NCBI GenBank assembly: GCA_000091205.1
Contig: AP006502.2
From: Cyanidioschyzon merolae
Lineage: Eukaryota
Direction: 5' to 3' (one strand)
DNA length: 64,000 nucleotides
Both the position numbers and the translations under genes were made by a program. The notes below the pieces were generated by a model that was not told the origin of the DNA, did not search any database, and worked only from the letters and a program-made list of their open reading frames with translations. Positions 33,962 through 44,126 of the stretch are shown here, piece after piece (position 1 is the stretch's first letter; each line of letters opens with the position of its first letter).

Positions 33962-35971
33962 CTATGGCTCTTCAGCGGGCGTCTCGCTTGGAACATAGGA
34001 CTGCAGCAGCGAATCGAGTGGCAGCTGCTGCGCGATGATCGCGAATGCGCGCCGAAACTCGTGCCGAAGCAGCCGCACCGAATCCTCGCTGCAGACCCGC
34101 CCCAGGTCATGGGTCATGTCAAAAGGATCCTCGATACAAAAAAAGTGGCGTTGCGTTGCGTGCGTTGCGCGTTCGCGTTGTCGTCGCTGGCGCTGCAGCC
34201 GCAATCGCTCTCGCTGGGCTTGCGACGTGACTGCCGCTCGCGGTCGTGGCGCTGTCAGCTCCTGCAGAGGTGCGTTCGCATGATCACCGGATGGGTCCAC
34301 TGAGGCAGACTGCAGATCTACAGCACGTTCAACCGTCTGATGATTGAGCGGTTGCTCGGGTGAGGTACGTTCCTCATCAGCGCCCGAATGGCTTGAGTCA
34401 GTGCCACTCTCTGTAGCGGACATGCTAGCGACCCGTCGTTGGCGCCTCTCGCTGCCATTGCAGGTGCCGACCTCAGCGTCATCGACGGTAAGCTCTTCGG
34501 CCACGTCCTCATGGTCCGTTTCGTCGTCGCTAGCGTGTGTGTACGGATCACCGATGCCGTCGACAACATCATCTGCTTTGTTCTGATCGGTTTGGACGCG
34601 ATCGGATTGATCCCATCCTCTTCTCTTCTTGCTAATGAGGCGCCCGCAGCGAACACTCACCACCATCTCATCGTAATTGAACTGGTATCCGTAGAAGTAA
34701 AAGAATCCAGCAAGGAGAAGCGTGACAGACATTTCGTTGCAAACTGGCATCTGAATATCCGTACGATCCAAAAAATAGTCATCTACGAGGGTTTCGTCGG
34801 GAACCTCGGGCTCCTGAGGGTGTTCCACTAGTTTTTCTATGTGCTGGACACTGCCGCCATTCGAAACTGGTATTCGTTCAAGACGCAACGCCTGCAGACA
34901 CGGTAACACAGGCGGGTTCACAATCTGCAAATACTGAATAAGAAGCATGAGGTACGCGTAGCTGCTTAGGGTCCCTGCGAAAGGCTCATTCAGATCCCGC
35001 GCCACTGCCCAGCGTTTGATGAAGATCGCGAGTGGTCGAACGCGCGGATCCAGACGCACGTATGCGCGCAGCAAGGCCGTGTTTCGGACCACAAAGTCAT
35101 TGTTCACTTGCACATCGACTTCAATGTCGCTGCGTAAATCATGAAACTTAACAAGGGGCACCCTAGTTTGCGTGATGATCTGGACATTGACAAACTCGTG
35201 ACGTCGACGCCGAAGGAGGCGTCCCAGGTCACCTACGACGTCCCGACGAAAGTCATCGATAGAGTATTCCTCGTCTTGGTATTGGGCGCGCAATACTTCC
35301 AGAGGAGCCATCGGCGCCACAAAGTTGACGTCGAGATCTCCGCCTTTGAGCAGCACGCCCGTCGCGGTGCTGCCGTACACGTCAACCCGGCATCCGCGAA
35401 ACCGAGAGGAAGCCACATTCCGCAAATGCCGAGCCAACCGCGATCTTCGTTCGTATTCGGCTACCCAGTCGGGATAAGACGACTCTGCGACGAGCTCGTG
35501 GAAGCGTCGCACTTGTCTTTTTAAGTGTTCCGCCGAAACGTTCCACGAGTCCGTGAACGTCAGCGCGGAGCGAAGTGCCGCCCCCCGAGCCAGCACTTCG
35601 ACACGTTTTCTTCGCAACCTTTCCAGCGTCGCTCTCTCTGGGGTGGGTCGCTGCAGAGCTCCTGTCTTCCTGGAACTCTTTCCCTGCAGCAGCATTCCGC
35701 GCTCTTTTCGTTCGTAGTAGCGTCGCGAAGAGCTCTCGCGCACCTGCACCCGCGCCAACTGCTCCGTCACAGCGCTCACCTGCTCCGTATCATAGGGTTC
35801 TGAGGTATTAGAGGCCCCGTCAGATCTCAAACCGGATAGTTTGGGAGCATGTACGTCCGCTTGGCTCCTGTTGGCACGCTCATCGCCGTGCCTGGCGTTG
35901 CCGTTCGGAAACGCGCCGCTTCCACCGCTGTCGTGACGCGGACCCCGCGACTCCGTTTCCATGAATGGCAA
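33962..35971 (-). CDS. Cid1/Gld2-family non-canonical poly(A) polymerase or terminal uridylyltransferase (NTase plus PAP-associated domain); N- and C-terminal regions are long and low-complexity
   Basis: The nucleotidyltransferase motif is CRVDVYGSTATGVLLKGGDLDVNFV (GS...DxD). It is followed by TRVPLVKFHD and a PAP/25A-associated region, IFIKRWAVARDLNEPFAGTLSSYAYLMLLIQYLQ. Confidence 0.75.
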   Translation of the reverse strand: MPFMETESRGPRHDSGGSGAFPNGNARHGDERANRSQADVHAPKLSGLRSDGASNTSEPYDTEQVSAVTEQLARVQVRESSSRRYYERKERGMLLQGKSSRKTGALQRPTPERATLERLRRKRVEVLARGAALRSALTFTDSWNVSAEHLKRQVRRFHELVAESSYPDWVAEYERRSRLARHLRNVASSRFRGCRVDVYGSTATGVLLKGGDLDVNFVAPMAPLEVLRAQYQDEEYSIDDFRRDVVGDLGRLLRRRRHEFVNVQIITQTRVPLVKFHDLRSDIEVDVQVNNDFVVRNTALLRAYVRLDPRVRPLAIFIKRWAVARDLNEPFAGTLSSYAYLMLLIQYLQIVNPPVLPCLQALRLERIPVSNGGSVQHIEKLVEHPQEPEVPDETLVDDYFLDRTDIQMPVCNEMSVTLLLAGFFYFYGYQFNYDEMVVSVRCGRLISKKRRGWDQSDRVQTDQNKADDVVDGIGDPYTHASDDETDHEDVAEELTVDDAEVGTCNGSERRQRRVASMSATESGTDSSHSGADEERTSPEQPLNHQTVERAVDLQSASVDPSGDHANAPLQELTAPRPRAAVTSQAQRERLRLQRQRRQRERATHATQRHFFCIEDPFDMTHDLGRVCSEDSVRLLRHEFRRAFAIIAQQLPLDSLLQSYVPSETPAEEP

Positions 35972-36276
35972 TTAAGCCCCTGGAAGAGAAACTGATCAGC
36001 CGCTGTAAGCAATCAGCGCTGATTTGGACACCAAAATGCTCTACGCTAGTGGAGTAGGTGTTCAGCTTCCGTGGAAACCTGTAGCTGTTGCTGGTATGCG
36101 CTGCTGTCGACCAGCACGCATTATCGTTCGCTGCGTGCATGCAACAAATCAGCGCGCCGCTACGGCCGGCCTTCTTGCCGCGATCGCCGCTCGAGAGCGT
36201 AGCAGCCGACGTGGCAATCGATCTGCATCCGGGGATGCTGCGTGTCTGCGCGTGCACGCTAGCGCGATTGTGCCCT

Positions 36277-36540
36277 GCGCAGCGGTGCGATAGGCAGGTG
36301 GCATCCTTCCGATCTCTTTCGATCGACAGAACGTTTCCATGGACCAGAGGTGTGTGGACGTCGCTTCGCTGCGCAGCGGTGCGATAGGCAGGTGGCATCC
36401 TTCCGATCTCGTTCGATCGACAGAACGTGTCCATGGACCAGAGGTGTGTGGACGTCGCTTCGCTGCGCAGCGGTGCGATAGGCAGGTGGCATCCTTCCGA
36501 TCTCTTTCGATCGACAGAACGTTTCCATGGACCAGAGGTC
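36277..36540. repeat. 94-bp minisatellite, about 2.8 tandem copies
   Basis: The unit gcgcagcggtgcgataggcaggtggcatccttccgatctctttcgatcgacagaacgtttccatggaccagaggtgtgtggacgtcgcttcgct restarts at 36277, 36371 and 36465 with a few substitutions. It lies about 300 bp upstream of the Cid1-family gene start (35971, minus strand). Confidence 0.9.
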
Positions 36541-38665
36541 TGGCATTGCGCGCGTTGTTATCAGCGATCGGGAAGCGTCCTTCGTTCCATAGATATCCCA
36601 CTTCCCATATGTCGAGTTCCCGTCGGAGATCGTGGTCGTTTCGTAGATAGTATCGAACGCCGAGCCTGCTGTGAGCGTTCACCTTGGTGCCTCCAGTGCC
36701 GGAGAGAACGCAACACGGAAAACGATCCGCTTTTTGAAGTCACTGGGAGCGTTGGCTCGAGGTATGCGCTCCATGATGCGATGCCTTGAGCAGGCGAGCG
36801 TTCTTCAAGGCATCCCGAAGCTGTCCGCCATTTCCGCAGGGACGTCTGGCTCGTGATTCGTGGTCCACGCCGGGTTCCGAGCGGGATGATGGCAGCTTCT
36901 CTGGATGCCGATAACCTGCACGTACTCTCGGAGATTCTGGCTTAGTTGTATCGATTCCAAAGCATAAAACGCAACTACAAAGCTGCTCTCCCTTCGTACG
37001 ACGGCCGCGGTAACCGCGCATTCGGTGTTGCGGCACGCGTCCACGGCAGGTTCCAGAACTCGGAGAGCCGCTGGACCCATCCGGGACTCTGTCTATCTCT
37101 CCCGGGAATACTGGTCTATGATCCATAGACCGCAGTCATTATCGGGAAGGAACGGCGGCCTGTTCGCTGTTTCGCGAGCGCGTTTCTGCATCCAGAGGAC
37201 TCCCGTTCCAAGAATCGATCTTGAACAAAAAATTCCACAGTGGAGATCAGGTCCTTGGTCGGCGACATGCACGAAGGCTACAGTCTGCGGCAGGTACTGC
37301 TTCCATGGCAATAACCGATGATTCTGGACACAGTGTCTACGAATCTGGAGGCACCGCCTCGAACCAGGTCCTCAGCCTACATGCCGCGGTACAGGGTTTT
37401 TCGGGAAACGTTCGAGCCTTGCGTGCCTGGCTGTACACAGCACATAGCAATGCTTCAGCGTCTGGAATGTGCTCAAGTGGTTGCTGTATTTCCTTGCCTT
37501 GGTCGTACCGGGGAGCGTGCGCCGACGCTTCTATTGCGAAACTGCTGGGAAGTTTTCTTTTCCCGCATTTATTCGACGGATGACGGAATTTGGCACGGCT
37601 GTCGTTAACTACACGATTCGACAGCGATTCGAAAGCTATGCAAACTGTGTCTAAGCGCTAATTTCAAGCAACTGCACCATCGTCATGTGTGAATAGCCAA
37701 CCTGGTCGATGACACGGGCCAACACCTTGATTCGGCGCATGTTTGAAACCCCACGCTAACACTCAAGACGTGAGCGCTTCAGAGCGGTGTCCTCTGGGCC
37801 AAAACACGGATCCGCGAGTTGTGGCGGTCGTCCAGGCGCCGCTACCTGCGCCTGAACCTTCAGCGCTGCGCCCGCAACACAAAGCCGCATGTGGATGTGC
37901 ACCTGACGTGGAACTCCGAAACTTTCTCTTCGTTCTTTTTTGTCCAAGTGACGCGGGTCCCTAATAAGCTACCTATACGAACCGCTTGGCTGTCGTGAAC
38001 CGCCTTGCCAAACGTTTGTGAAGCTCCATGCGCCCTCACAAGCGTGCTCGAATGCTCCGGCGCTGCACCATTGTTGAGTGTATAGATCGTGGCCGTTGTA
38101 AAAAGCTTTCACCGACCCAGCGAGCGGCCCAGTATACTTTGCGTCACACTGGCACGCCATTCTCCGGCATGCCGTAACGAACCCCCGAGCAACAAGGACG
38201 CTCAGCACAAACCGTCCCGACAAGCGCCTCGTAAAGAGCGATGTGCAGTTGTGCAGGCTCTGGGGATCCTGGCGTCTACGACAACGACAACGACGACGCC
38301 AGCGGGCGACCTCGATACGCTCAGCCTTGGAAAAGTCCGCGTTTGACATAACGAATATTTACCGTCGACATCATGATCCAGCCGTTGTTGCCGTGTCCAC
38401 CAGGTGTTGCTTCCGAAGCAACCGAGATATCGTATCGCCCGCGGGGTTCGCAACGCGTTCACTTGACGTAGGTTCCGGGTGCCGCGTCTCCGAGTGCGAG
38501 GCAGGTACCGCGCTTCCTGCCTCCGCTAAGACGTGTCGACGTCCAGCGCTCGTCTTCAACAGCTCGCAATCAAGACTCTATCTTGTTTCATGCGCTTTTC
38601 GATCAACTTTGGTATAAAATTTGACCCCTATACGCAGATCACAAGCTTTCACCGTACACCACAAG

Positions 38666-40741
38666 TTAATAAACCCGTTGCGCCGGTGGAAAAGGCGTCT
38701 GCTCGCTCTCGTCGAGGCTCCAGTCGTGGACGGGTCGATAGCCTATCCGCACTGGTGACGCGTTCGCAGGCAGCGCGTCCTGTGCATGTACCCATGCCAG
38801 TGTATGCTTCATCCAGTGCTCATCGTCTCTCTTGGGAAAGTCGTCGCGCGCGTGCGCACCTCGTGACTCCTTGCGTTGCTCTGCGCTGTGCATCGTGGCT
38901 ACGGCATTCTGGAGCAGATTCTGCAGTTCTAATGTTTCGATCAGATCCGTATTCCAGATTAGGGATCGATCGGCAATACGCACCTCATTCAAGTCCGAGT
39001 AGCACTCGTCGATCAGCTTGCATCCTTCTTCCAGTGTGTCTTTCGCCCGGAAGACAGCTGCATGGTTCTGCATGATTTTCTGCATTCTCAGACGCAAGTC
39101 CGCGGTCTTGATGCTCCCGTTCGCGTGGAGAAAGCGATCCAAGTTCGCGATAGCGTCTTCACCGGCATTCGCCGGCAGCGGCTTGTGAGGCATTCCCGGG
39201 CGAACTTGCTCCGCCACAGCATGCGCACAAGCACGTCCAAATACAACAATATCCAGCAGGGAATTTGCGCCAAGGCGATTGGCGCCATGGACAGAAGCGC
39301 AGGCGGCTTCTCCAGCTGCGAGAAGACCCGGCACGACTGCGTCCGGATCCGATGCTGTGGGGCGCAGGACTTCACCTCGCCAGTTGGTCGGGATGCCGCC
39401 CATATTGTAGTGAACCGTCGGAAGGACGGGAATCGGCTCTTTGGTGACGTCGACACCAGCAAAGATGCGTGCGGTCTCCATAATACCAGGAAGACGTTCC
39501 TTCAAAATCTCTGGGGGAATATGATTCAGAAACAGTTGAATATGATCCTTCTGGGGTCCACATCCGCGACCCTCCATGATCTCGAGGGTCATCGCACGCG
39601 AGACGACATCACGACTTGCCAAGTCTTTCGCGCTAGGTGCATAGCGTTCCATGAAACGTTCACCAACGCCATTTCGCAGGATACCGCCTTCACCGCGGCA
39701 GCCTTCCGTTATGAGGCAACCTGCGCCGTAGATTCCTGTCGGGTGGAACTGTACAAACTCCATGTCTTGCAGTGGTATACCAGCACGGACAGCCATGGCG
39801 TTACCATCGCCTGTGCAAGTGTGCGCTGAAGTTGCCGAGAAGTACGCTCTTCCGTAGCCACCAGTGCAGATAATCACCGCATGGGACCGGAAACGGTGAA
39901 TCGTACCGTCCTCTAGACAGAGCGCCATCAGACCGCGGCAGACTCCTTCCTCGTCCATGATCAGATCTAGACCGAAGTACTCCACGAAGAAATCCGCATT
40001 GTGTTTCAGCGCTTGCCCGTAGAGTGTGTGCAAGAGCGCGTGCCCCGTGCGGTCCGCGGCAGCAGCGCAGCGATATGCTTGTCCACCTTTCCCGAACTTC
40101 AAACTTTGGCCACCAAACGCCCGCTGGTAGATACGGCCATCTTCCGTACGCGAAAAAGGCACGCCGTAGTGCTCTAACTCGATGACAACCTTCGGCGCTT
40201 CTCGACACATATAGTGAATCGCGTCCTGATCTCCGAGCCAATCGCTACCTTTCACCGTATCGTACATGTGCCAGCGCCAGTCATCCTCGGTCATGTTCCC
40301 AAGCGCAGCGTTGATACCCCCTTGTGCGGCAACGGTGTGGGAGCGCGTTGGAAACAGTTTCGTGACACAGGCGGTTTTCAAACCGGCCTCAGCACAGCCA
40401 ATAACTGCTCGGAGGCCTGCACCGCCAGCGCCCAGCACAACAGCGTCGTACTCGTGTTCCACCACAGCGTAGGATGGTGTCGCTTGGGTAGCAACGCGTC
40501 GCTTCGCTCGCGCCGGTGACTCGGTGTCTACCGCAGGACGAGCACTTCGCACGAGCTGACCAAGTGCGCGCCTTTGTTGGCCGCACACGAGCGCTATAAT
40601 GCGTTGTTTGGAACGCGCCAGCAGTCGCTCTTCACGCGGAAACGCACCGATGCTGGTGACGTGTCGAGGCAAACGCCTCGCAGCTTCTTTGGTGAAACTG
40701 CGCCTCGACAAGAAAACGCGCAAAGAATGCACGAGTGTCAT
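38666..40741 (-). CDS. SDHA: Succinate dehydrogenase flavoprotein subunit (SDHA), mitochondrial
   Basis: FAD-binding [10 protein letters not shown]. Covalent-FAD histidine context [43 protein letters not shown] and the C-terminal RPVHDWSL-type region are all present. The ~90-aa N-terminal extension looks like a presequence. Confidence 0.95.
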   Translation of the reverse strand: MTLVHSLRVFLSRRSFTKEAARRLPRHVTSIGAFPREERLLARSKQRIIALVCGQQRRALGQLVRSARPAVDTESPARAKRRVATQATPSYAVVEHEYDAVVLGAGGAGLRAVIGCAEAGLKTACVTKLFPTRSHTVAAQGGINAALGNMTEDDWRWHMYDTVKGSDWLGDQDAIHYMCREAPKVVIELEHYGVPFSRTEDGRIYQRAFGGQSLKFGKGGQAYRCAAAADRTGHALLHTLYGQALKHNADFFVEYFGLDLIMDEEGVCRGLMALCLEDGTIHRFRSHAVIICTGGYGRAYFSATSAHTCTGDGNAMAVRAGIPLQDMEFVQFHPTGIYGAGCLITEGCRGEGGILRNGVGERFMERYAPSAKDLASRDVVSRAMTLEIMEGRGCGPQKDHIQLFLNHIPPEILKERLPGIMETARIFAGVDVTKEPIPVLPTVHYNMGGIPTNWRGEVLRPTASDPDAVVPGLLAAGEAACASVHGANRLGANSLLDIVVFGRACAHAVAEQVRPGMPHKPLPANAGEDAIANLDRFLHANGSIKTADLRLRMQKIMQNHAAVFRAKDTLEEGCKLIDECYSDLNEVRIADRSLIWNTDLIETLELQNLLQNAVATMHSAEQRKESRGAHARDDFPKRDDEHWMKHTLAWVHAQDALPANASPVRIGYRPVHDWSLDESEQTPFPPAQRVY

Positions 40742-42096
40742 CTGACCAGAGACACAACGCTGCTGAACAAATCGTCACCTTTGTACTAGACGAGAGGAGA
40801 CGACCGGGTCGTCGAGATACGCACCCTTGACGCCCCGTGAAGCAACCAACACTGGCGCCTGGCGAGTGAACTCGAACGGCTTACGATGTGGACCGTTTTG
40901 TGATAATTGTATCTAAATTGTCGAGTTTTTCGACTCAAGACATCTGCCCGCACGCTGTAAGGCGCTCATCATGACTGGATTTTCGTTCATGACGTCTAAC
41001 CAGGTTCCAGTAGATCTGTCAGGCCTCAAGCAACCAGAGGATTCTGTCGGGAAACGGAATCTTTACATCGGGACGTCCTGCCCGTTCGAGTCGAACAGCA
41101 ACCGCTAAAGCAATGAATCATTGTACACGTTGCCTTATCGATGCTTGTCCTGGTCGGTTTCTGGCCGAACTGCGATGTATCTGGGAAGCGACATCGCCCT
41201 TGAGTGGCTCACGCGTTCTTCGGATACTGCTCAACCATCTCGAGTAGGGCGGCGTGGTGGCGAGCGTGCACCAGCTTGCGACCTGGACGAAAAACAGAAC
41301 GAGGTATCGAGTCATTTTGGGGATTCCGAACCCAAACGCGCTGGGTCTGTTTATGTCCGGATCGACTGGCCGTGCAGCGCTACCAGACGGCGACTTCACC
41401 CACATATTAAAGTTCCCGGTAATGCGTCTAAGAGCTCTTGTTTTCGCGCACATCCTGAAGCACCTGTTTCCGTTCAAAGCCAACCTCTGCTTCGTCTTAC
41501 CGAGAATCTGTGGGTTTCTGTGGGATTCCTGGTCGCTGAATCTCGAGGTCGACAACATGCAGGCACATCGTGAACGAGTCGTGTCAGACTGGTTTTGATT
41601 CACGCTGCAGCTCGCTTGCAGCTTCCTACGCGATACGCTACCCTGCCTAGGGACTGCAACCGCGCATCGAGCGCAAGCTGGCTAGAGGCATCGATCTTAG
41701 GCCATAAAAAGATCGTTTAGCAATACGCTCGCTTGCTCGGTAGGCGATTCACATTCGGCTGGAGCAACTCATGATCCCCTGCTTCAGACAATGAGGCTGG
41801 TGGCAAACGGGTTCATGAAAGGATCCGTGTGCGTGTTCAGGTCCGAGCGTTCCGGGGCAGTTCAACGCTGCCTATTGCTAGCATGCTCCACTGAGATCGG
41901 GTCATGTTCCTCGGATCAGTTCCAACGAAACAGGTAGTCTCGGCTTCCGAATGTACCAACCCGGTAACCACGTCGTTGAACCAATGCCATGGCAACCAAA
42001 CCTCAGCGAAAAGGCTACAACGTCTGGTTCATGGGCTCGCCATTCCGTCGCGACGAGCAGCGGCAGCGTCACGTAAACCTAACAAGGCTCGCACGT

Positions 42097-42579
42097 TCAC
42101 TCAACGAGCGCTGCCAAGTCACGAAGAAGTTGACCCAGCACGTCATCGTCCAACTTTCCCTTCAAACTCGGAATAATGGCCTTCGCTTCTGCAGGTGTCT
42201 CCGGCAGCAGGTTTGCGAGCTGCGCACGCTCGAACGGGTGCAGTTCGGGATGGCGTTCGAGTCGCACCCGCACAACTTTCGCAACCTCTGCAGACCGGAA
42301 CTGGTTAAAACGCTCGACATAGGCTTCCGACTTGACGAAGATGGGACCTAACGAGCTCTGCAGTTCGGCTGGTAGCTCTGCGCGCTTCTGCCGTAGCAGT
42401 TCCGCAACTTCGCAGATCAATAACGGTTGACAGTGTTCATTGTCGCCAAATAGCTCCCCAAACTTGAGGTTTTCAGCGTTCTCTTCTTGATCCACGCCCA
42501 GGTCCATAGACGGAACCCAGCAGGTCGTGCCCGGTACAGCCTCAGCAGATAGCGCTGGAGAAAACCCAGCAGACAGCAC
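42097..42579 (-). CDS. RPB4: RNA polymerase II subunit RPB4
   Basis: LLICEVAELL...ERFNQFRSAEVAKVVRVRLERHPELHPFERAQLANLLPETPAEAKAIIPSLKGKLDDDVLGQLLRDL aligns along its length with human POLR2D (LLISEVFLLLEH...[66 protein letters not shown]). The true start may be the internal Met (MDLGVDQ...). Confidence 0.75.
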   Translation of the reverse strand: MLSAGFSPALSAEAVPGTTCWVPSMDLGVDQEENAENLKFGELFGDNEHCQPLLICEVAELLRQKRAELPAELQSSLGPIFVKSEAYVERFNQFRSAEVAKVVRVRLERHPELHPFERAQLANLLPETPAEAKAIIPSLKGKLDDDVLGQLLRDLAALVE

Positions 42580-42968
42580 TCGTTTTCGTCGACGCCACGG
42601 TGCAGGTAGCTGACACGGCCCGGCACAGCGCCGCAGCCGCCAGGACGCGAGGCTGGGCTTGCGGTTGACGCGGCTTCTGCGACAGCGACGCCAGGCGTTT
42701 GTGTTGCTGCTGCTGCTGCTGCTGCTGCTCGGCGGTACAGTGCAGACTTGGCGGCAGTTTAGGGACCAAGGACGGCGACCAGAGCCTATTTTGTGTCGTG
42801 TAGACGAGGCGATGCGTTCCTCGCTGTTCTGAAGTAGGGGGAACCTTCAGTCGGCTTTGCGGGTACCTTCACGCCCCAGCGTCAACATCGCTGCATAGCC
42901 TACAGGTAAACAGGGAGTGCAGTGAGTCTGCAAACCGACTGACAGAACGCTTGTCTCGCTTGTAGCTC
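42580..42968. promoter_or_regulatory. Putative bidirectional promoter region between divergently oriented RPB4 (minus) and dihydroorotase (plus)
   Basis: A 389-bp spacer between two head-to-head start codons, containing a (TGC)8 tract. Based on arrangement only; no motif was verified. Confidence 0.2.
42705..42729. repeat. (TGC)8 trinucleotide microsatellite in the RPB4/dihydroorotase divergent spacer
   Basis: gttgctgctgctgctgctgctgctgctgctc, read directly. Confidence 0.9.
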
Positions 42969-44126
42969 ATGGCCATGAAAGCAACGCTACGGGTGCGTAT
43001 GCGTCGACCGGATGACTGGCATGTCCACTTTCGCGACGATGCTATCTTGCGGGCTGTTGCACCGCTAACTGCGCGCCAGTTTGGGCGAGCACTGGTCATG
43101 CCGAACCTGGTTCCACCTGTTTGCACGGTGGCACAGGCGCGCGCTTATCGCGAACGCATTCTGGCTACCGTGCGAGCAGCAGACCCGGCGAACAGCTTCG
43201 AACCTTACTTGGCGCTCTATCTCACCGAGCGTACGAGCGTGGAAACCGTGCAACAGGCGAAAGAGAGCGGCTTTATTCTCGCTTTTAAATGGTACCCTGC
43301 AGGTGCAACCACGAATGCCGAACAAGGCGTTCGGTCGATAGAGCGACTGAACGCCGTACTGGCGGCTATGGAAACGCTAGGCGTTGTCCTCTGTGTCCAT
43401 GGCGAATCGACAGATCCTGCCGTAGATGTCTACGATCGCGAGGAGCATTTCATTCGCCATGAACTTGAACCCGTTCGAAAGCGCTTCCCTCGTCTCCGAA
43501 TCGTCGTGGAGCATGTTTCCACGGCGTTTGCGGCTAAATGGGTGCTCGACAACGCCAACGGGTACACCGCAGCGACGGTTACAGTGCAGCACTTGCTTTG
43601 TAACCGAAACGATCTGCTTGTCGGAGGACTCAAACCGCATCTCTACTGTCTGCCGGTTCTAAAAAGCGAGCAAGATCGTTTGGCGATAATCGAAGCTATT
43701 CGCCAGGATAACCGAGGTTGTTTTTTCCTTGGCACAGACTCGGCGCCGCACCCGCGCTTCCGCAAGGAGTCAGCGTGTGCCAGTGCGGGTTGCTTCACGG
43801 CGATTGCCGCCATGGAGCTCTACGCGGAAGCGTTCGCCAAAGCCGGTATGCTCGATCGACTGGAACGATTCGCTGCAGAGAATGGTGCGAGATTCTACGG
43901 ACTCCAGCCGAGCACGGAGTATGTTCAAGTTCTGAACTGGCCTGAGGCAGTGCGCACGATTCCCGAGTATGTCCTCGTCGACAGCGTCGCCGAGCGTGAG
44001 CCCCAGCGTACCCCCGAAACCCGCACTGAATCGATGCTAACGTCCACAACGCTGCAACCATTTCAGGCTGGTGCGCGTCTTATGTGGAGCATGGAGAGGC
44101 TGGGTATCTCCGATGCAGATCGCTGA
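42969..44126 (+). CDS. pyrC: Dihydroorotase, E. coli PyrC (class II) type
   Basis: RRPDDWHVHFRDDAILRAVAP...ALVMPNLVPPV matches PyrC [21 protein letters not shown]...AIVMPNLAPPV. KWYPAGATTN matches KLYPANATTN. Also present are LCVHGES, VVEHVST, LYCLPVLK, FLGTDSAPH and KESACASAGCF. Confidence 0.9.
   Translation: MAMKATLRVRMRRPDDWHVHFRDDAILRAVAPLTARQFGRALVMPNLVPPVCTVAQARAYRERILATVRAADPANSFEPYLALYLTERTSVETVQQAKESGFILAFKWYPAGATTNAEQGVRSIERLNAVLAAMETLGVVLCVHGESTDPAVDVYDREEHFIRHELEPVRKRFPRLRIVVEHVSTAFAAKWVLDNANGYTAATVTVQHLLCNRNDLLVGGLKPHLYCLPVLKSEQDRLAIIEAIRQDNRGCFFLGTDSAPHPRFRKESACASAGCFTAIAAMELYAEAFAKAGMLDRLERFAAENGARFYGLQPSTEYVQVLNWPEAVRTIPEYVLVDSVAEREPQRTPETRTESMLTSTTLQPFQAGARLMWSMERLGISDADR

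Noticed and set aside
35880-36682. Three overlapping minus-strand ORFs sharing ...VHGNVLSIERDRKDATCLSHRCA...
   Set aside because: They are produced by the 94-bp minisatellite at 36277-36540. It was annotated as a repeat, not a gene.
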